From an uncultured Flavobacteriales bacterium (lineage in GTDB: Bacteria; Bacteroidota; Bacteroidia; Flavobacteriales_F; PHOS-HE28): a DNA stretch of 64,000 nucleotides. The translations under genes were made by a program, and so were the position numbers. The stretch is taken from positions 198,343 to 262,342 of the forward strand of contig CALMPI010000009.1 of assembly GCA_937872175.1 (NCBI GenBank). The letters run 5' to 3'. The notes under the pieces are model-generated. The model had not been told where the DNA came from. It saw nothing but the letters and a program-made list of their open reading frames with translations, and did not search any database. Position 1 is the first letter of the stretch, and every line of letters begins with the position of its first letter. Shown here piece by piece: positions 61,993 through 64,000 of the stretch.

Positions 61993-64000
61993 ATGACCCG
62001 AGCAGTACGCAACGGCCTCCTGGCCACCACCACCGCCGCCATCGCCGTCGGCGCCATTTGGATCGGCGAGCAAGGGCGTCGCTACACCCCGCGTCCCGAG
62101 GATGCTGCGGCGAGCAGCGCACGGGGAGCGATGGAGTACCTCGCTGCCATCCGCGGGAACCTGGCCACCGGTCGGATCGAACCGGGCGACCGCATCGCGA
62201 TGGAAGCCGCCGTCAATGCCTATGGCGGCCCCAAGAGCGTCGGCTTGGAATGGGTGGAGATGGGCCCTGACAACGTGGGTGGCCGGATCCGTACGGTGCT
62301 GGTCGACCCATCGAACCCCCAGGTGATCTGGTGCGGTGGTGTATCCGGTGGACTGTACAAGTCGACCAATGGCGCCAACACGTGGGAGAAGATGTCCGCG
62401 TTCAATGAGAACCTCTGCATCAGCAGCATCGACATCCTGGGCAACGGTCACCTGTATGTGGCCACCGGGGCCACCCCGGAGGGACAGTCGGGGTCTGGTG
62501 GCAGTGGGTTCATCGGAGACGGCCTGTTCATGAGCACCGACGGTGGAGCGAGCTTCACGCAGGTCTTCGGGACCAGCACGAACTGGAACACCAATGACGA
62601 TTGGGCCATTGTGGACAAGATCGTGGCCCATCCCACGGAACCCACCAAGCTGTGGGTGGCCCATAACAACGGACTGACCCTTTACGACGAGAGCAACAAC
62701 AGCCTCACCCCCGCCCCCGGTCTTCCGACCTCCCGCTGTCGCGCATTGGAGGTGAGCACGGACGGCTCCGTCGTCATCTGCAACATTGGAAGCAACTGCT
62801 GGCTCAGCCGGGACGGTGGTGCGGCTTTCCAGCAGATGACCCTGGGCAACAACGGCTTCCCCAACAGCCAGATCGGACGCATGGAGTTCGCCATCTCCCC
62901 CGACGACAACAACTACCTCTACTGCATGATCGCCACCGGTGGTGGCCAGATGAACGGGGTTTGGGCCTCCACGGATAAAGGCTTCAACTGGTCCCGCATC
63001 TGGCCGGCCGGCTTCGGTACGAACGGTGTGCCCGAGCTCGACATCTTCGGAGACAACAGCCAGGGATGGTGGGACAATGTGTTGGCCGTGGTTCCCGGCG
63101 AGCCGGACCGGATCTGGCTCGGTGGGGTTTCCCTCTGGACCACCAGCCTCAACGCGCAACCGGTGCAGTTGGCGCTGGCGTTCGACTTCCCCGGTTGCTT
63201 CAATTGCGTACACGCCGACGTGCATGACATCACCTTCGCGCCGGATGGCCAGACCGCCTACGTGGCCTGCGATGGTGGCATCTACGTGAGCCCTGACAAG
63301 GGCGGCGTGTTCTACGCGGCCAACCGCTTCCTGAACATCACCCAGTTCTACTCCCTGGCCTATTCGCCCAAGGGCAAGGTGATGGGCGGAACGCAGGACA
63401 ACGGGACCCAGTACATCCGCCTCAGTGGAGGAACCACGGCGGAGGAGGCGATCGAGGTGAGCGGCGGTGATGGCTTCGACAGCGAGATCTCGCAGATCGA
63501 TCCCAACATCATGTTCTCCACGGTCTACTTCGGCTCCGTGGCCCGCTCCGCGGATGATGGCACCAACTTCGGTGACTTCTACGATGCACGGGTTCTGGCG
63601 CTGGGCACCCCCGGTGAGCTGGGTGGCAACGGCCTCGGCGATTTCTACACCAACATCCGCCTTTACGAGAACTGGAACGATGTGAACAGCCAGGACAGCG
63701 TGAGTTGGCTCAACACCACCGGGGACACCCTCTTCTTCGGCGAGACCATCACGTACAAGGGGCGCATGCCGCAGGTCGATCAGTTCCACACGATCACGCA
63801 GGCGTTCGTGGCTCCCGATGAGGAGCTCCGTCTTCAGGATCGGGTGCAGACCCTCTTCGCGGTCGGCTTCTCCGGGGCCCAAGGCGTATGGGTGACCCGC
63901 GATGCCTGCCAGTTCGTCGAGAACCCGCAGTGGTGGAAGGTGGCCAACAGTGCCGGAGGTAACGTGAACGTACTGGAGTGGTCCGCGGACGGTGACCGGT
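61993..64000 (+). CDS. BNR/Asp-box repeat beta-propeller protein (sortilin/Ycf48-like glycoside-hydrolase-type fold), N-terminal ~670 aa; it continues past the window end
   Basis: A signal/TM N-terminus (MTRAVRNGLLATTTAAIAVGAIWI) is followed by repeated Asp-box motifs (STDGGASF, SRDGGAAF, STDKGFNWSRI, SPDKGGVF). It is absent from the ORF track because there is no in-window stop. The antisense 647-aa ORF was rejected. Confidence 0.7.
   Translation, partial: MTRAVRNGLLATTTAAIAVGAIWIGEQGRRYTPRPEDAAASSARGAMEYLAAIRGNLATGRIEPGDRIAMEAAVNAYGGPKSVGLEWVEMGPDNVGGRIRTVLVDPSNPQVIWCGGVSGGLYKSTNGANTWEKMSAFNENLCISSIDILGNGHLYVATGATPEGQSGSGGSGFIGDGLFMSTDGGASFTQVFGTSTNWNTNDDWAIVDKIVAHPTEPTKLWVAHNNGLTLYDESNNSLTPAPGLPTSRCRALEVSTDGSVVICNIGSNCWLSRDGGAAFQQMTLGNNGFPNSQIGRMEFAISPDDNNYLYCMIATGGGQMNGVWASTDKGFNWSRIWPAGFGTNGVPELDIFGDNSQGWWDNVLAVVPGEPDRIWLGGVSLWTTSLNAQPVQLALAFDFPGCFNCVHADVHDITFAPDGQTAYVACDGGIYVSPDKGGVFYAANRFLNITQFYSLAYSPKGKVMGGTQDNGTQYIRLSGGTTAEEAIEVSGGDGFDSEISQIDPNIMFSTVYFGSVARSADDGTNFGDFYDARVLALGTPGELGGNGLGDFYTNIRLYENWNDVNSQDSVSWLNTTGDTLFFGETITYKGRMPQVDQFHTITQAFVAPDEELRLQDRVQTLFAVGFSGAQGVWVTRDACQFVENPQWWKVANSAGGNVNVLEWSADGDR

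Noticed and set aside
62586-62600. Partial match to the TCATTGG/CCAATGA palindrome (CCAATGA-CG-ATTGG) inside the BNR gene, and single half-sites elsewhere (for example at about 40231)
   Set aside because: The half-sites are in the wrong relative orientation and the second half is imperfect. It is intragenic with no promoter context, so it is probably chance.
61939-63882. 647-aa minus-strand ORF at the right edge
   Set aside because: The plus strand encodes a protein with repeated BNR/Asp-box motifs (SxDxGxxF/W), and the minus-strand translation is Gly/Arg/Val-rich. The plus-strand gene is missing from the track only because its stop lies outside the window.

Overview
This 64-kb window has very high GC (~65%) and looks like a Bacteroidota-type chromosome. 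The evidence is T9SS C-terminal sorting domains, a PorP/SprF gene, a GWxTD protein, and an str-S10-spc-alpha operon with no tuf after fusA and with infA between map and rpmJ. The minus strand at 1-22.4 kb carries eno, carA, a PQQ-dependent sugar dehydrogenase and the complete ribosomal-protein/translation cluster from rpsL to rplQ. The 22.7-40 kb region is accessory-like. It holds a Fic protein with a degenerate active-site motif, a T9SS-targeted M1 aminopeptidase, a 514-aa helical protein of unknown function, an MmcB-like PD-(D/E)xK candidate, a 7TM receptor-type class III adenylate cyclase, and a Y_Y_Y/beta-propeller histidine kinase with a LuxR-type response regulator. Two copies of a perfect 7-2-7 palindrome (TCATTGGnnCCAATGA) flank the kinase gene, and a divergent T9SS cargo gene and a DnaJ-KTSC protein follow. 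At 37.3-52.8 kb sits a SprB-like gliding adhesin locus: a 12.3-kb gene (4113 aa; choice-of-anchor-like N-terminus, about 40 tandem SprB-type repeats, T9SS type-B CTD), followed by PorP/SprF and a PorE-like OmpA lipoprotein, and preceded by a translationally coupled small secreted protein. Beyond that, on the minus strand, are rlmB, a GWxTD lipoprotein, rmuC, an L,D-transpeptidase, an Omp85-family protein and ung. On the plus strand are a mini-lipoprotein, OsmC (minus), a secreted hypothetical protein overlapping lipA, and the N-terminal part of a BNR/Asp-box beta-propeller protein. The many long antisense ORFs in the track are high-GC artefacts. No CRISPR array, tRNA/rRNA gene, transposase or integrase was seen. 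Coordinates I derived myself (internal starts, hairpins, palindromes) may be off by 1-3 nt.
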